Source of the DNA: Leptonemataceae bacterium
Lineage (GTDB): Bacteria; Spirochaetota; Leptospiria; Leptospirales; Leptonemataceae
Length of the DNA stretch: 64,000 nt
Assembly (NCBI GenBank): GCA_965227295.1
Contig: OZ245742.1
Span: forward strand, 704,001 to 768,000
Reading direction: 5' to 3'
In this document: positions 30,058-39,339 of the stretch, piece by piece
Numbering within the stretch: position 1 is the first letter of the stretch
How the letters are laid out: each line of letters begins with the position of its first letter
Made by a program: the position numbers and the translations under genes
The notes under the pieces: generated by a model
What the model was told of the DNA's origin: nothing
The model's database searches: none
The model's input: the letters and a program-made list of their open reading frames with translations, nothing else

Positions 30058-31374
30058 TTACCGCAACGTTTCCGTCAAAACCGGCGCGTGGTTACCGTAG
30101 ACCGGGCCGTCGTACGGAACATAGACGTCGTACGGAAACGTCGGTGTAAGCAGGACGATCCGCAAAAACACAAACGCACTCAGCAGTAACATCCCGGCAA
30201 AAAACGGGAGTACGAACGGCCGGCGTTCCCCGACAGGCGTTTCGGCGTACAACAAAATCACCAGTGGAACAACGAGCGTCAGCATGCGCGCCGTATTATC
30301 GAAGACCGACCAGAAGTAATAATAATCCGCAAAGATGACACTGGTAATGGTTAACAGAATCGCCAGCCGAAACGGAAGCACGCGGCGGCGGTCGCCGGTG
30401 AACGCGGCGAAGGCGGCGGCAATCAGCACGATCAACAAAAGAACGTAAGCGGATTGTTTGATGAGCGCAACCAACGTCCCGCCGCCAGGGGCGCGTAGAA
30501 ACGCAAGACTGAGCGTCAACGTTTCACCGAGCATGGCGAAGATGCCCGCGAAGGGCGCAAGGAAGATCGTAAGGATTCCCGCGGGCACCATGCCGTGGAC
30601 TTCGCGCAGGTACACCTGCCAGGCAGCGGCGGGCACCAGGATGGCGATCAAGAACACGGCCTGGATCCAGCGGCGACGCAACAGGGCATGCAATCCCAGG
30701 GGAAACAAGAAGAACAGCGCCGGCTCCTTGGTGAGGATCGCGAGGGCAAAGCAGGCGTAGGTCGCGGCGAGTTTGCGCAGGCTGATGGACTGATGCCGGT
30801 CCCACTCGCGATAGTACGAGTAACCGATCAGCACCAGCGAAACCATGACGGCGTCACTCACCATCAGCACGAAAGACAACAGCGCAAACGGCGAGAGAAT
30901 GTACACGGTCGCTAAGTGTTTTTGACCGTCGGCTAACATCTTGTGCAGGCGATAAATGGAAAACACGAAGAACCCGATCTGCACCAGGAACATGCCGATG
31001 AGCGTGCCCTGGTTGCCGAAAAACGCAAACGGAGCCACCAGTGCCGGATAACCGGCCCGCGGCGCCCGATAGGCGTGAGAGAATCCCCGCGGCCATTCTC
31101 CGGGAATCAACAACGTGCGCGCGTAATAGTAAAAGATCTGCCCGTCGTAGCCGTTGCCGCCGTGGGCCTCGTTGCCGGTGAGTCGTACCGCGCCCGCCGG
31201 AGTGTACTCCGGGTTCTGCGCCACGTAGTCGTGACCGAAGCGAATGAGCACGGACGGATTAAAATCGTAGCGGGCGAGGATCGCCAGACTGGCCAGGCCG
31301 TAGAACACGGCAAAGAGCACGAACTGCGCGCGCAGAGAGGCCGGCCGCTGAAATCTCGACAAACCTCCGCTCAT
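30058..31374 (-). CDS. Polytopic GT-C-like membrane protein (AZOBR_p60025-family-like)
   Basis: GYDGQIFYY, YRAPRAGYP, SD and TKE motifs with about 10 TM helices; follows a GT2 gene. Confidence 0.65.
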   Translation of the reverse strand: MSGGLSRFQRPASLRAQFVLFAVFYGLASLAILARYDFNPSVLIRFGHDYVAQNPEYTPAGAVRLTGNEAHGGNGYDGQIFYYYARTLLIPGEWPRGFSHAYRAPRAGYPALVAPFAFFGNQGTLIGMFLVQIGFFVFSIYRLHKMLADGQKHLATVYILSPFALLSFVLMVSDAVMVSLVLIGYSYYREWDRHQSISLRKLAATYACFALAILTKEPALFFLFPLGLHALLRRRWIQAVFLIAILVPAAAWQVYLREVHGMVPAGILTIFLAPFAGIFAMLGETLTLSLAFLRAPGGGTLVALIKQSAYVLLLIVLIAAAFAAFTGDRRRVLPFRLAILLTITSVIFADYYYFWSVFDNTARMLTLVVPLVILLYAETPVGERRPFVLPFFAGMLLLSAFVFLRIVLLTPTFPYDVYVPYDGPVYGNHAPVLTETLR

Positions 31375-31380
31375 TTCAAG

Positions 31381-32106
31381 TTAGCCTTTCGTGGCAATGA
31401 GATGCAGACCGAAACGCATGCCCTGCTTGAGCACCTTACTGTTAAACGACGAATTCGAGAATACGTAGTGGATGGGAATTTCCGTGACCTGCATGCCCGC
31501 GCGGTAACACAGGGCGAGGGCTTCCATGTGAAAGTCGAAGGCCTTCGATTCCAGTTCGTGCCCGGCGATTTTCTCGGCGGCGCGACGGGAATAACGACGG
31601 AACCCGCTGGTGGTATCGTGCAGGCCGGGGCCGAGAATGTTCAAGTACGACTTCGCAAGGGCGTAGTTCACCACCCGGGCCGCACTCCAGGAGACGAAGC
31701 GCCGGTAGAGCGGAACGTTTTCCGGTTTCTGGCGCATGCCGATGACCACGTCGAACTGCGGGTCGGCGTTGAAGAAGTCCGGCAGGGCGTCGGGATCGTG
31801 AGACAGGCCGGCGTCCATGGTGACGAACCAATCGTAACCGGCTTCCACACCGTAGCGCAAACCGTCCTGGAGTCCGCGGGGAATGTGGGTCGCCTGCTCG
31901 TGGACGACGATGTTCAGTTGATGCGGATGTTTGCCGGCCTTGACCTCGGCCTGGATTTCGCGCAGGATCTCCCCCGTGCGATCCTTGCTGCCGTCGTCGG
32001 TAACGGAGACATCGGCATACTTCAAGGTACGGGTGACGACTTCGTAGATGGTTTCTTCTTCGTTGTGCGCCGGAATGACGACCAGGCGCTTAGCGGAATC
32101 AGCCAT
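31381..32106 (-). CDS. GT2 polyprenol-phosphate glycosyltransferase (DPM1-like)
   Basis: VIPAHNEE, DDGSKDRT, MDAGLSHDP, DTTSGFR. Confidence 0.9.
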   Translation of the reverse strand: MADSAKRLVVIPAHNEEETIYEVVTRTLKYADVSVTDDGSKDRTGEILREIQAEVKAGKHPHQLNIVVHEQATHIPRGLQDGLRYGVEAGYDWFVTMDAGLSHDPDALPDFFNADPQFDVVIGMRQKPENVPLYRRFVSWSAARVVNYALAKSYLNILGPGLHDTTSGFRRYSRRAAEKIAGHELESKAFDFHMEALALCYRAGMQVTEIPIHYVFSNSSFNSKVLKQGMRFGLHLIATKG

Positions 32107-32216
32107 AGGACGACCGGTCTATCATTTCCGCGTTCGACCGCAAGCGATTTCGCGAGCGCAATCGAACGGCCGCGATAGTTGTTGCGCGGAAAGCGCTTCG
32201 CCGTGAAACGGGAAGC

Positions 32217-34613
32217 ATGCAGGCGATTACCGTATTGGCCGGCGTCTACGACGCGAAAGTCTTTCGCGCCTGCATTCACCCGGAGGTGGAAAGCGAGGAT
32301 GCCCTCCACGACTTTCCGGAGGCCTGGCATCTGGAATCCGCGCCGCGCTTTGAGCGCATCTCCGCGCACCGCGACGCCCAGGGCATGATCCAGTGCAAAA
32401 AACGCGGCCTCAAGTTCTTCTACGATCCACCCACCGGTAACTTCAATCTCCTGGACGGCCGCGGAGCCATCGTCAGCGGCATGCTGCAAACAGGAAAGTT
32501 CGGCGACGCCCTCTTCCAGGTGCGCCTGGAACCCGAGGACCACGTCTACGGATTCGGTGCCGCCACGGGCAAGGAAAACCGCAACGAGCAGAGCTTTCGG
32601 CTCATGAACCTCGACACCATCTTCGGCACCATTCCGAAGCGTAACTACTCCAGCTTTCCGTTTTTTCTGATTCGTCGATCTTCCGGTGCTTTCGTCGGCT
32701 TGTTCTTGAACACGACGCTACCCTGCGACGTGCGCATCGATAGCCGAGACGTCGTCGATGGCGAGATGACGGGAGCCTCCGGCGGCGCCGGTGTTCGCCT
32801 GCGCCCGGATACCGGCGGTCCGGCGTGCACCATGGACTTCTTCGTTTTCTACGGCAGCCTCCCCGAAATCCTGCGCCACCACGCCGATCTCACCGGTCGC
32901 CCGTATCTGCCGCCGGTATGGGCTCTCGGCTATCACCAGTCACGCTGGTCCTACAAAACCGAGGAACGTGTGATGCAGTTGGCCCGGCGGTTTCGCGAAA
33001 CCGGAGTCCCCTGCGACGCCATTCACCTCGACATTCATTACATGGACCGCTACATGGTCTTCACCTGGGATGCCAGGCGCTTCCCGAATCCCACCGGCAT
33101 GCATCGCCGCCTGGAAGATATGGGACTGCGCACGGTCGTCTTTAACGATCCCGGCGTCTCCACGCGGGAGTACGACGTCTACCGGGACGGCCTCGCGAAG
33201 GATGTCTATTGCAAACGTTCAGACGGTAACATCTACGTGGGGAAAGTCTGGCCCGGGGCGTCCGTTTTCCCGGACTTCAGCCGCGAAGACGTGCGGGACT
33301 GGTGGGCCGCCCGCCACGCTCCGATCCTGGGCGCGGGGGTTTCCGGCGTCTGCAACGATATGAACGATCCGGTGCTGCGCATCGGGAAGAACTACGACGG
33401 CGCGGCCGAGGACCTGGTGCACGCGGCGGGCAGCCACCGCGAAGTGCGCAACCTCTACGCGAACTACGAGGCCGAGGCCACCCACCGCGCATTCGCGGAA
33501 CATCGTCCGGGGGAGCGCCCGTTCGTACTCACACGTTCCGCCTTTACGGGCATCCAGAAGTACTCGGCGCTGTGGACCGGAGACAACCACAGCACCTGGG
33601 AGCATCTGCGCGAAAACCTGCATCAGGTACTGAACCTGGGTCTATCCGGCGTGCCGTTCACCGGCGCCGACGTCGGCGGTTTCTCCAGCGGTTTCATGCC
33701 GGGAACGTTGAAGGTCCTGAAGATCCGCAAGCAAAAGGAACTCTTCGCGCGCTGGATGGAACTGGGTTCGCTCATGCCCTTCTTCCGCGCCCATACCGCG
33801 CTCATGTCCTTCGACCAGGAGCCCTGGAGTTTCGGGGACGAGGTCCTGGACATCGCCCGCAAACACATCCGCCGACGCTATCATCTGCTGCCGTACATCT
33901 ACGGTTTGTTTTGTGAAAGCCATCGCAGCGGCGATCCCATCGTCCGCCCGCTGTTCTACGATTTTCCGGAGGTCTCACCAGGCGATTGCCACGATCAATT
34001 CATGCTCGGCCCGGCGTTGCTCGCGGCGCCGGTCACGGAACGCAGGGCGAAACGCCGCAAAGTTTTTCTGCCCGCCGGTTGCGATTGGTACGAGTACGAA
34101 ACCGGTCGGCGTTACGGCGGCGGGGAGACGTTCACGTTTCAGACGCGGCCGGGTTATTATCCGCTCTTTGTTCGCGCGGGTACGATCCTGCCGGTTTGTC
34201 CCGTCCGCGACAACGCGGAAACGAGCATGCACGCGGGCCTGGCCCTGGAAATCTATCCCGCCAAAAGCATGGCCGGCAACCTGTGCCTGGACGACGGAAC
34301 CACGACGGCGGCCATCGAAAAAAAACAATACTTCGAACAGCAGTACGCCGCGGAACAGGATCGCAACGGCGACATCCGGCTCACAATCGAAACGAGTCAC
34401 AAGAAATGGACGCCGCCTTACGGCGATCTGGAAATCCGCCTGCCGGCCGGCTACGGTTCCATGAAGGTTTCCGAGAAAGGCAAGGACAAGTTCTTCGAAG
34501 CCACGGCGGCCGACCTCACTCAGGACGACCGCATTGCCGCTATGAATTCGTTTCGCCTGCCGCTAACTTCTACTGAGGCGGAGTTTAAGTTCCAGGGCAA
34601 CCGGCCGGGATGA
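32217..34613 (+). CDS. GH31 alpha-glucosidase-family hydrolase
   Basis: WALGYHQSRWSY, HLDIHYM, NDMNDP, WTGDN, GADVGGF, FFRAH, EPW. Confidence 0.92.
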   Translation: MQAITVLAGVYDAKVFRACIHPEVESEDALHDFPEAWHLESAPRFERISAHRDAQGMIQCKKRGLKFFYDPPTGNFNLLDGRGAIVSGMLQTGKFGDALFQVRLEPEDHVYGFGAATGKENRNEQSFRLMNLDTIFGTIPKRNYSSFPFFLIRRSSGAFVGLFLNTTLPCDVRIDSRDVVDGEMTGASGGAGVRLRPDTGGPACTMDFFVFYGSLPEILRHHADLTGRPYLPPVWALGYHQSRWSYKTEERVMQLARRFRETGVPCDAIHLDIHYMDRYMVFTWDARRFPNPTGMHRRLEDMGLRTVVFNDPGVSTREYDVYRDGLAKDVYCKRSDGNIYVGKVWPGASVFPDFSREDVRDWWAARHAPILGAGVSGVCNDMNDPVLRIGKNYDGAAEDLVHAAGSHREVRNLYANYEAEATHRAFAEHRPGERPFVLTRSAFTGIQKYSALWTGDNHSTWEHLRENLHQVLNLGLSGVPFTGADVGGFSSGFMPGTLKVLKIRKQKELFARWMELGSLMPFFRAHTALMSFDQEPWSFGDEVLDIARKHIRRRYHLLPYIYGLFCESHRSGDPIVRPLFYDFPEVSPGDCHDQFMLGPALLAAPVTERRAKRRKVFLPAGCDWYEYETGRRYGGGETFTFQTRPGYYPLFVRAGTILPVCPVRDNAETSMHAGLALEIYPAKSMAGNLCLDDGTTTAAIEKKQYFEQQYAAEQDRNGDIRLTIETSHKKWTPPYGDLEIRLPAGYGSMKVSEKGKDKFFEATAADLTQDDRIAAMNSFRLPLTSTEAEFKFQGNRPG

Positions 34614-34710
34614 TCCTGGCGTTGCGTTCGGTCGCTCATGCACAGCATGGCGACGGGCGATCCGTATTTCGTTCACGAACCGAATCTAAGTGTAAATATA
34701 TTTAAGTTAG

Positions 34711-34824
34711 TTTGGGCGCGTCGGCGCTTCGCGCCGACCGGGCTGCTTCGGGCTCGCTAATCGCTCGGCCTCGCGCCTCCGGCGCGAGTCGGCCGCTGCG
34801 CGGCCCCCTGCCCATCCCTCGCGC
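34711..34824 (+). ncRNA. Flavo-1-like structured repeat, copy 1
   Basis: TTTGGGCGC-hairpin(TTC loop)-CGGGCTGCTTCGGGCTCGC...CATCCCTCGCGC; family assigned from memory. Confidence 0.5.
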
Positions 34825-34849
34825 GAAGAGGCCGTGCCGCGAACCACCA

Positions 34850-34965
34850 GCGCCAGGGATGCGAAGGGTTGCGCGCAGCGCAATTCCGAGCGAAGCGAGG
34901 AACGAGCGCGAATGCGCGAGCCCGTAGCAGCCCGACCGCCGCCGAAGGCGGCGGGGGCGCCCAAA
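34850..34965 (-). ncRNA. Flavo-1-like structured repeat, copy 2 (inverted)
   Basis: Minus strand reads TTTGGGCGC-hairpin(TTC loop)-CGGGCTGCTACGGGCTCGC...CATCCCTGGCGC. Confidence 0.5.
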
Positions 34966-35055
34966 AAAATACCTGAGCGATTCCCTTGCTATTCGGGCCA
35001 TGTCAGTACATCAGATCGCCCGTCGCCATGCGCAGCATGAGCGGCGACCTTCTGC

Positions 35056-35907
35056 TTAAGCGCTGCGGGAGTTCTTAATTTCGGAAATGAGTTCGCTGAT
35101 CTGCCGCACGCGGCCCAGGGCGCGGCCGCTCAACGCGGGGTAACGTTTGGAAACGTCGCGAAACAGCACCTGGACTCGTGCCAGCTCGCCGATGTAGTCG
35201 CGGATCCAGGAGGTCTTGAATTTATTCGAACGACGATCGAAGCGACGCACGGTTTCCCGCAAGGCCGCCTCGGCGCGAGCGAAGTACTCCACGGCCTGGT
35301 CGTAGGGATGATCCGGGAAGTCGTCCCCGTCGCGCCGGCGAAAAGCCTTTTCGAAGAGCTCGTCCTCGGGACGTTTCTGCTTCGGCCGATACTCGCGGAC
35401 GTTCGAGTGTTTGCCGTAGACGTAGGTCTCTTCGTCGTCGCCCCAGATCATGCCGGAGAGATTTACGTAAACATCTCCCAGGGGAGAGTTAAGATCTGGT
35501 TCCGTGAAGATGGTGCGGTACTGTTTGCGGACGGAGTCGAAACCGCCGCGGCCGTGCTCGTAGCCGGCTTCCTGTGCGCGGCGCAGGCTTTCGTAGATGG
35601 GGTTCGGCCGCGCCGGGCCGTCGGGGCCGTGGGGCCCGCCGCTGCGCGTGGTGCCACCGGGACGACGCCGGCTTTGCTGCTGCGGAGCCGGGCGCGGAGC
35701 CGCCGGCCGCGCGGGTACGCCTTTTTTGAAAACGCTGTAGGCTTCGATTAAGAGCTGTGCCTGATCACCGGCGGCGGTGGCGCCGGCGGTGTCCGGGTGA
35801 TGCTGTTTGATGCGCGAACGAAACGCGCGCTTCACGGTTTCCGCGCTGTCCCCGGAGGTCACACCCAGGATGCGGCAGTACTCTTCGTATTTTTGAATAT
35901 CCTGCAT
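35056..35907 (-). CDS. J-domain (DnaJ class C) protein
   Basis: YCRILGV...VKRAFR...HHPD...LIEAY. Confidence 0.85.
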   Translation of the reverse strand: MQDIQKYEEYCRILGVTSGDSAETVKRAFRSRIKQHHPDTAGATAAGDQAQLLIEAYSVFKKGVPARPAAPRPAPQQQSRRRPGGTTRSGGPHGPDGPARPNPIYESLRRAQEAGYEHGRGGFDSVRKQYRTIFTEPDLNSPLGDVYVNLSGMIWGDDEETYVYGKHSNVREYRPKQKRPEDELFEKAFRRRDGDDFPDHPYDQAVEYFARAEAALRETVRRFDRRSNKFKTSWIRDYIGELARVQVLFRDVSKRYPALSGRALGRVRQISELISEIKNSRSA

Positions 35908-35936
35908 TGACAAACGTGCCGGCGAAAGCGGCTGTC

Positions 35937-36368
35937 TTAAATATCGTCAGATTCGTCGAAAAACTCGTCCCCGGAATATTCGGAATCCCGGCGCTCCGCG
36001 ATTTTCGCCGCGTTGCGGAACATTCTGAAGAAGAAAAATCCCGCGACAATCAGGAAAACGAGGAACAACAGAAAAGACGCAGCCGCCGGATGGCCGAGCA
36101 GCCAGCTCAGAAACTGGTACGCACCCAGCGCCAGGAACCACACGGCAATGAACAAAAACGCCATGCCCAGGCTGAACGTGAGAAAAACGTAAAACGCGAG
36201 CCGCGCGCGGTACTTAGATTCTTCCGAAAGAAAGGCACGCAACGACGCGCCCCAGTTTCGAAAATCCAGGACCATCGCGAAGAAATTTTCGAAGAGCGGA
36301 TAGTACTCCCGCACCACGTAAGATCGCGGCTCGTCGACCTCGTCTTCTTCTCTGAACCGGCGCCGCAC
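35937..36368 (-). CDS. YqjE/holin-family-like two-TM membrane protein
   Basis: Two long hydrophobic helices; follows a DUF883-like gene as in yqjDE. Confidence 0.55.
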   Translation of the reverse strand: MRRRFREEDEVDEPRSYVVREYYPLFENFFAMVLDFRNWGASLRAFLSEESKYRARLAFYVFLTFSLGMAFLFIAVWFLALGAYQFLSWLLGHPAAASFLLFLVFLIVAGFFFFRMFRNAAKIAERRDSEYSGDEFFDESDDI

Positions 36369-36377
36369 GTTGGGGAA

Positions 36378-36644
36378 TTATTTTCCGCGCATGAGCATGC
36401 CGAGGATGAGGCCGGCACCGAGACCTGCCGCCCCGGCGATAAGCGCGGCCCGCTGCGGATTTTCGTTGCAGTACTGCGCCATGGACTCAAGCACTTCGGC
36501 GCCCTGATCCTTGTAGACCTGGCCTTTCTCGCGCAGATCTTTCAGTGTCGCCGCCGCTTTGTTCTGGAGTTCGACAACGTCTTCTTTCAAAGATTGCACC
36601 GTGTCACGCAGACGCATTTCTTCGTTCATATCGGATTCAGCCAT
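36378..36644 (-). CDS. YqjD/ElaB (DUF883)-like tail-anchored protein
   Basis: Coiled coil, then ENPQRAALIAGAAGLGAGLILG and a basic tail. Confidence 0.75.
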   Translation of the reverse strand: MAESDMNEEMRLRDTVQSLKEDVVELQNKAAATLKDLREKGQVYKDQGAEVLESMAQYCNENPQRAALIAGAAGLGAGLILGMLMRGK

Positions 36645-36645
36645 A

Positions 36646-37593
36646 TCAATATTCTCCTGTGTCGTCGGGTACCTGGATGCCGTCGATTTCAATCGAGCCG
36701 CCGACGGTGTCGCTGCGCTGACCGGCGTACCGGTACTGTTCGCCGAGCAATTGCACGCTCACGGCTCCCATCAGCCCGGCGTAGAACGGCATCGTCAACA
36801 GTATGCCTGCACCGCAGCAAACGTAACCCACGATGAGGACCGCGTTGGCCGCGGCGTGGGCAACAACCAATCGCAGCGAAGCGGCACCGCTCATGCGCCA
36901 GGAATGCACCATGGACTCGATGATGTGTTCTTCCCGTTCGAGGATGAGAGGGTACACGACACTGAAGCGGCCGTCGAGATAAAAACCGGCCGGGAAAATC
37001 AGCAGTGCCAGGATGCCGGTAATCGTCGTGGCCAGATCCTCGTTTTCGCCGAGGTATTCGTCGGTCAAGAGGACCGCCATGCCAAGGACAGCCGGCAAAA
37101 ACGTGATCGTAATGAGGCAGAACTTGAGCAGATAGATGAGCAATGCGGCAGAGAAGACCCGGACGAAGCGCCGGAAGCCCAGGAACAGATCCTCGACAAC
37201 GCCCTTCCGGCGGACCGTACCGATGCCGAACATTTGCACTCCGGCGAAGAGAACCTGTAACAGGCCGTAACTGCCCACCCCGGCAATGAAGACTCCCAGA
37301 ATAAACAGGAGCGCGGCCGTATCGTCCACGCCGGCGACGGCCACCCCGATGACCGCGGCGTAAAAGGCGATGACCACCACGGCCAGCACGGAATGGAAGA
37401 TGATCGCAAGGATGAGTCCCGAGGAAAAATTCTTCCATGAGGCGTCCCAGGCCAGGCGGAAGGATTCGGTGAGCGAAAAACGGCCGATGGGAACTCCCGT
37501 GGCCTCAAAAGCCGTCTCCGAGGGGGCGTAGAGGTCGTTCAGGCTATCACTGTCGGGCCTGGAATCGGGCTGATCGGGGGGATGGGGCTTCAT
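36646..37593 (-). CDS. Hypothetical integral membrane protein
   Basis: About 6 TM helices; DLFLGF, SWRM and GYVCCGAGILLT. Confidence 0.7.
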   Translation of the reverse strand: MKPHPPDQPDSRPDSDSLNDLYAPSETAFEATGVPIGRFSLTESFRLAWDASWKNFSSGLILAIIFHSVLAVVVIAFYAAVIGVAVAGVDDTAALLFILGVFIAGVGSYGLLQVLFAGVQMFGIGTVRRKGVVEDLFLGFRRFVRVFSAALLIYLLKFCLITITFLPAVLGMAVLLTDEYLGENEDLATTITGILALLIFPAGFYLDGRFSVVYPLILEREEHIIESMVHSWRMSGAASLRLVVAHAAANAVLIVGYVCCGAGILLTMPFYAGLMGAVSVQLLGEQYRYAGQRSDTVGGSIEIDGIQVPDDTGEY

Positions 37594-37777
37594 CGCTGGG
37601 GCTCCACTGGATCGCAGCCGTTCCGTGTAAGCGATTTCTTTTTCGCACTTTTTCTCAGATTGGAGTCGCCGGTGTTCCGATATTCTGGTTGATTCATGAT
37701 GCGGCGCACAAAAACTGGCCGTTGCGGAGTTCTTCGCATAATACTCACGGAACTCCCCTCACAGGAACCCTACATTT

Positions 37778-39313
37778 ATGGACCGAATTCTGATCTGGTT
37801 GGCCCACGCCCTGGAACGACGTCTGGATGCCCATGCCCGGCGCAGCATGCCCGGTCATTCGCGGAGGGCCGGCTCGAAACTGCTGCTCCTGCTCATCTTA
37901 CTGCCTGCCCTGCTCGGCGGGGCGCTGTCCATGAAGCCGATTCTCGAATCGAAGATGCAGCAACGACTCAGTCCGGCGGAAATCGCCGAGCGCGAGGCCC
38001 TGGCCGCGTACCGGGCAGGTTTCCCGGAGGGCGCCATCGTCACCGCAAACGGCCGAAACGAAACGTTGCGGCACCGCTGCGGGGATTCCGGCGTGAGCGC
38101 CGATAGCCTGGCGCGGTCGTACTACGATTTCAGCGCCATCTTCCAGCGCAGCGAACTGAGCGAGGAACTGCGCTCCCGGAATCCCCACGCCTTCGACGAG
38201 CGCGGTCGCTGCCGGGACGGGGCCGAAGTCGCGATTCCGCAACCGTTGCTCGGGCCGCTGCGGAACAAACCGCTGGGCATCGATATCCTCTCGCGTCCGG
38301 TGGAAGCCGTCTACATGCGAGGCGAGAACTTTCGGCCCGGCCGCGTGGGCCGCGAACTGGCTCGCCTCCGGGAGATCGGCGCGAACGGCGTGGTCTTCGA
38401 CGTAAAAGACATCCTCGGTGTCGTGAACTATCGCTCCCGGGTCGAAGAAGTGGAACGTTATCGCCGCCACCAACCGCCCATTGAAAATCTTGAAAAGACC
38501 ATTCAATATTTGCACTCGCAAGACATCTACGTCATTGCCCGCATGGCGCTGTTCCAGGACGAGAACCTGGCAATTCGCCGTCCGGACCTGGCCATCAAAG
38601 ACCGCGGCGCGCCCGGGGGAATCCTCCTCGTGAAAGGCAAGCCGCTGTGGGTGGACGCCGGCCGGCCCGAGGTTCACAACTACAACCTGAAGATCGTCCG
38701 GGAACTCGTGGAGCTGGGCGTGGACGAGATTCAATTCGACTACGTGCGCTACCCGGCCGAAGGCGATCTTGCGCAGGTGGTGTATCACAATCTGCCCGAC
38801 GCCGCGCACAAGACCGATCACCTGGTCGCCTTTCTTTCCGGCGCCTGGATGATGACCCGTTTCACCGGCGTGAATATCGGTATTGATATTTTCGGCATTG
38901 TTGCCTGGGGTGAGGAAGTGGACGTGCGCGCCACCGGCCAGCGCATTGAACGCCTGACCGCGTTTGTGGACGTGGTCTCGCCGATGCTGTATCCGTCGCA
39001 CTTCAACAAGGGCTTCGACGGCTTCGAGAACCCGGCAGACGAAGGTTATCATTTTTACTACCAGGGCGTGAAACGTGTCCTGGAGAAGAGCGCGAAACAG
39101 GCCATCGTCGTGCGGCCGTGGCTGCAGGCCTTTCGCTGGCGCGTAAATAACTACAACGAACAGTACATTCGCGACCAGATCCGCGGCAGCAACGCCGGCG
39201 GCGGCCTGGGCTGGATGATGTGGAACGCTTCCAATGATTACGATATCGTTTATCGCGCCCTGCGCAAGCACGCACTGACCGGGACGGAAGAGCGCAGGTC
39301 GGACAGGATTTAA
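37778..39313 (+). CDS. Putative glycoside hydrolase (DUF4015-like TIM barrel), membrane-anchored
   Basis: VVFDVKD, YVIAR, GVDEIQFDYVRYP, SPMLYPSHF, RPWLQAF, WMMWNA. Confidence 0.8.
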   Translation: MDRILIWLAHALERRLDAHARRSMPGHSRRAGSKLLLLLILLPALLGGALSMKPILESKMQQRLSPAEIAEREALAAYRAGFPEGAIVTANGRNETLRHRCGDSGVSADSLARSYYDFSAIFQRSELSEELRSRNPHAFDERGRCRDGAEVAIPQPLLGPLRNKPLGIDILSRPVEAVYMRGENFRPGRVGRELARLREIGANGVVFDVKDILGVVNYRSRVEEVERYRRHQPPIENLEKTIQYLHSQDIYVIARMALFQDENLAIRRPDLAIKDRGAPGGILLVKGKPLWVDAGRPEVHNYNLKIVRELVELGVDEIQFDYVRYPAEGDLAQVVYHNLPDAAHKTDHLVAFLSGAWMMTRFTGVNIGIDIFGIVAWGEEVDVRATGQRIERLTAFVDVVSPMLYPSHFNKGFDGFENPADEGYHFYYQGVKRVLEKSAKQAIVVRPWLQAFRWRVNNYNEQYIRDQIRGSNAGGGLGWMMWNASNDYDIVYRALRKHALTGTEERRSDRI

Positions 39314-39339
39314 TATTGGCGGCGAGAGGTTCTCACAGG

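Larger units (their letters stand above)
34633..35043. repeat. Element bounded by a 30-bp outer inverted repeat
   Basis: 34633-34662 is the reverse complement of 35014-35043 at 27 of 30 positions. Confidence 0.85.
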
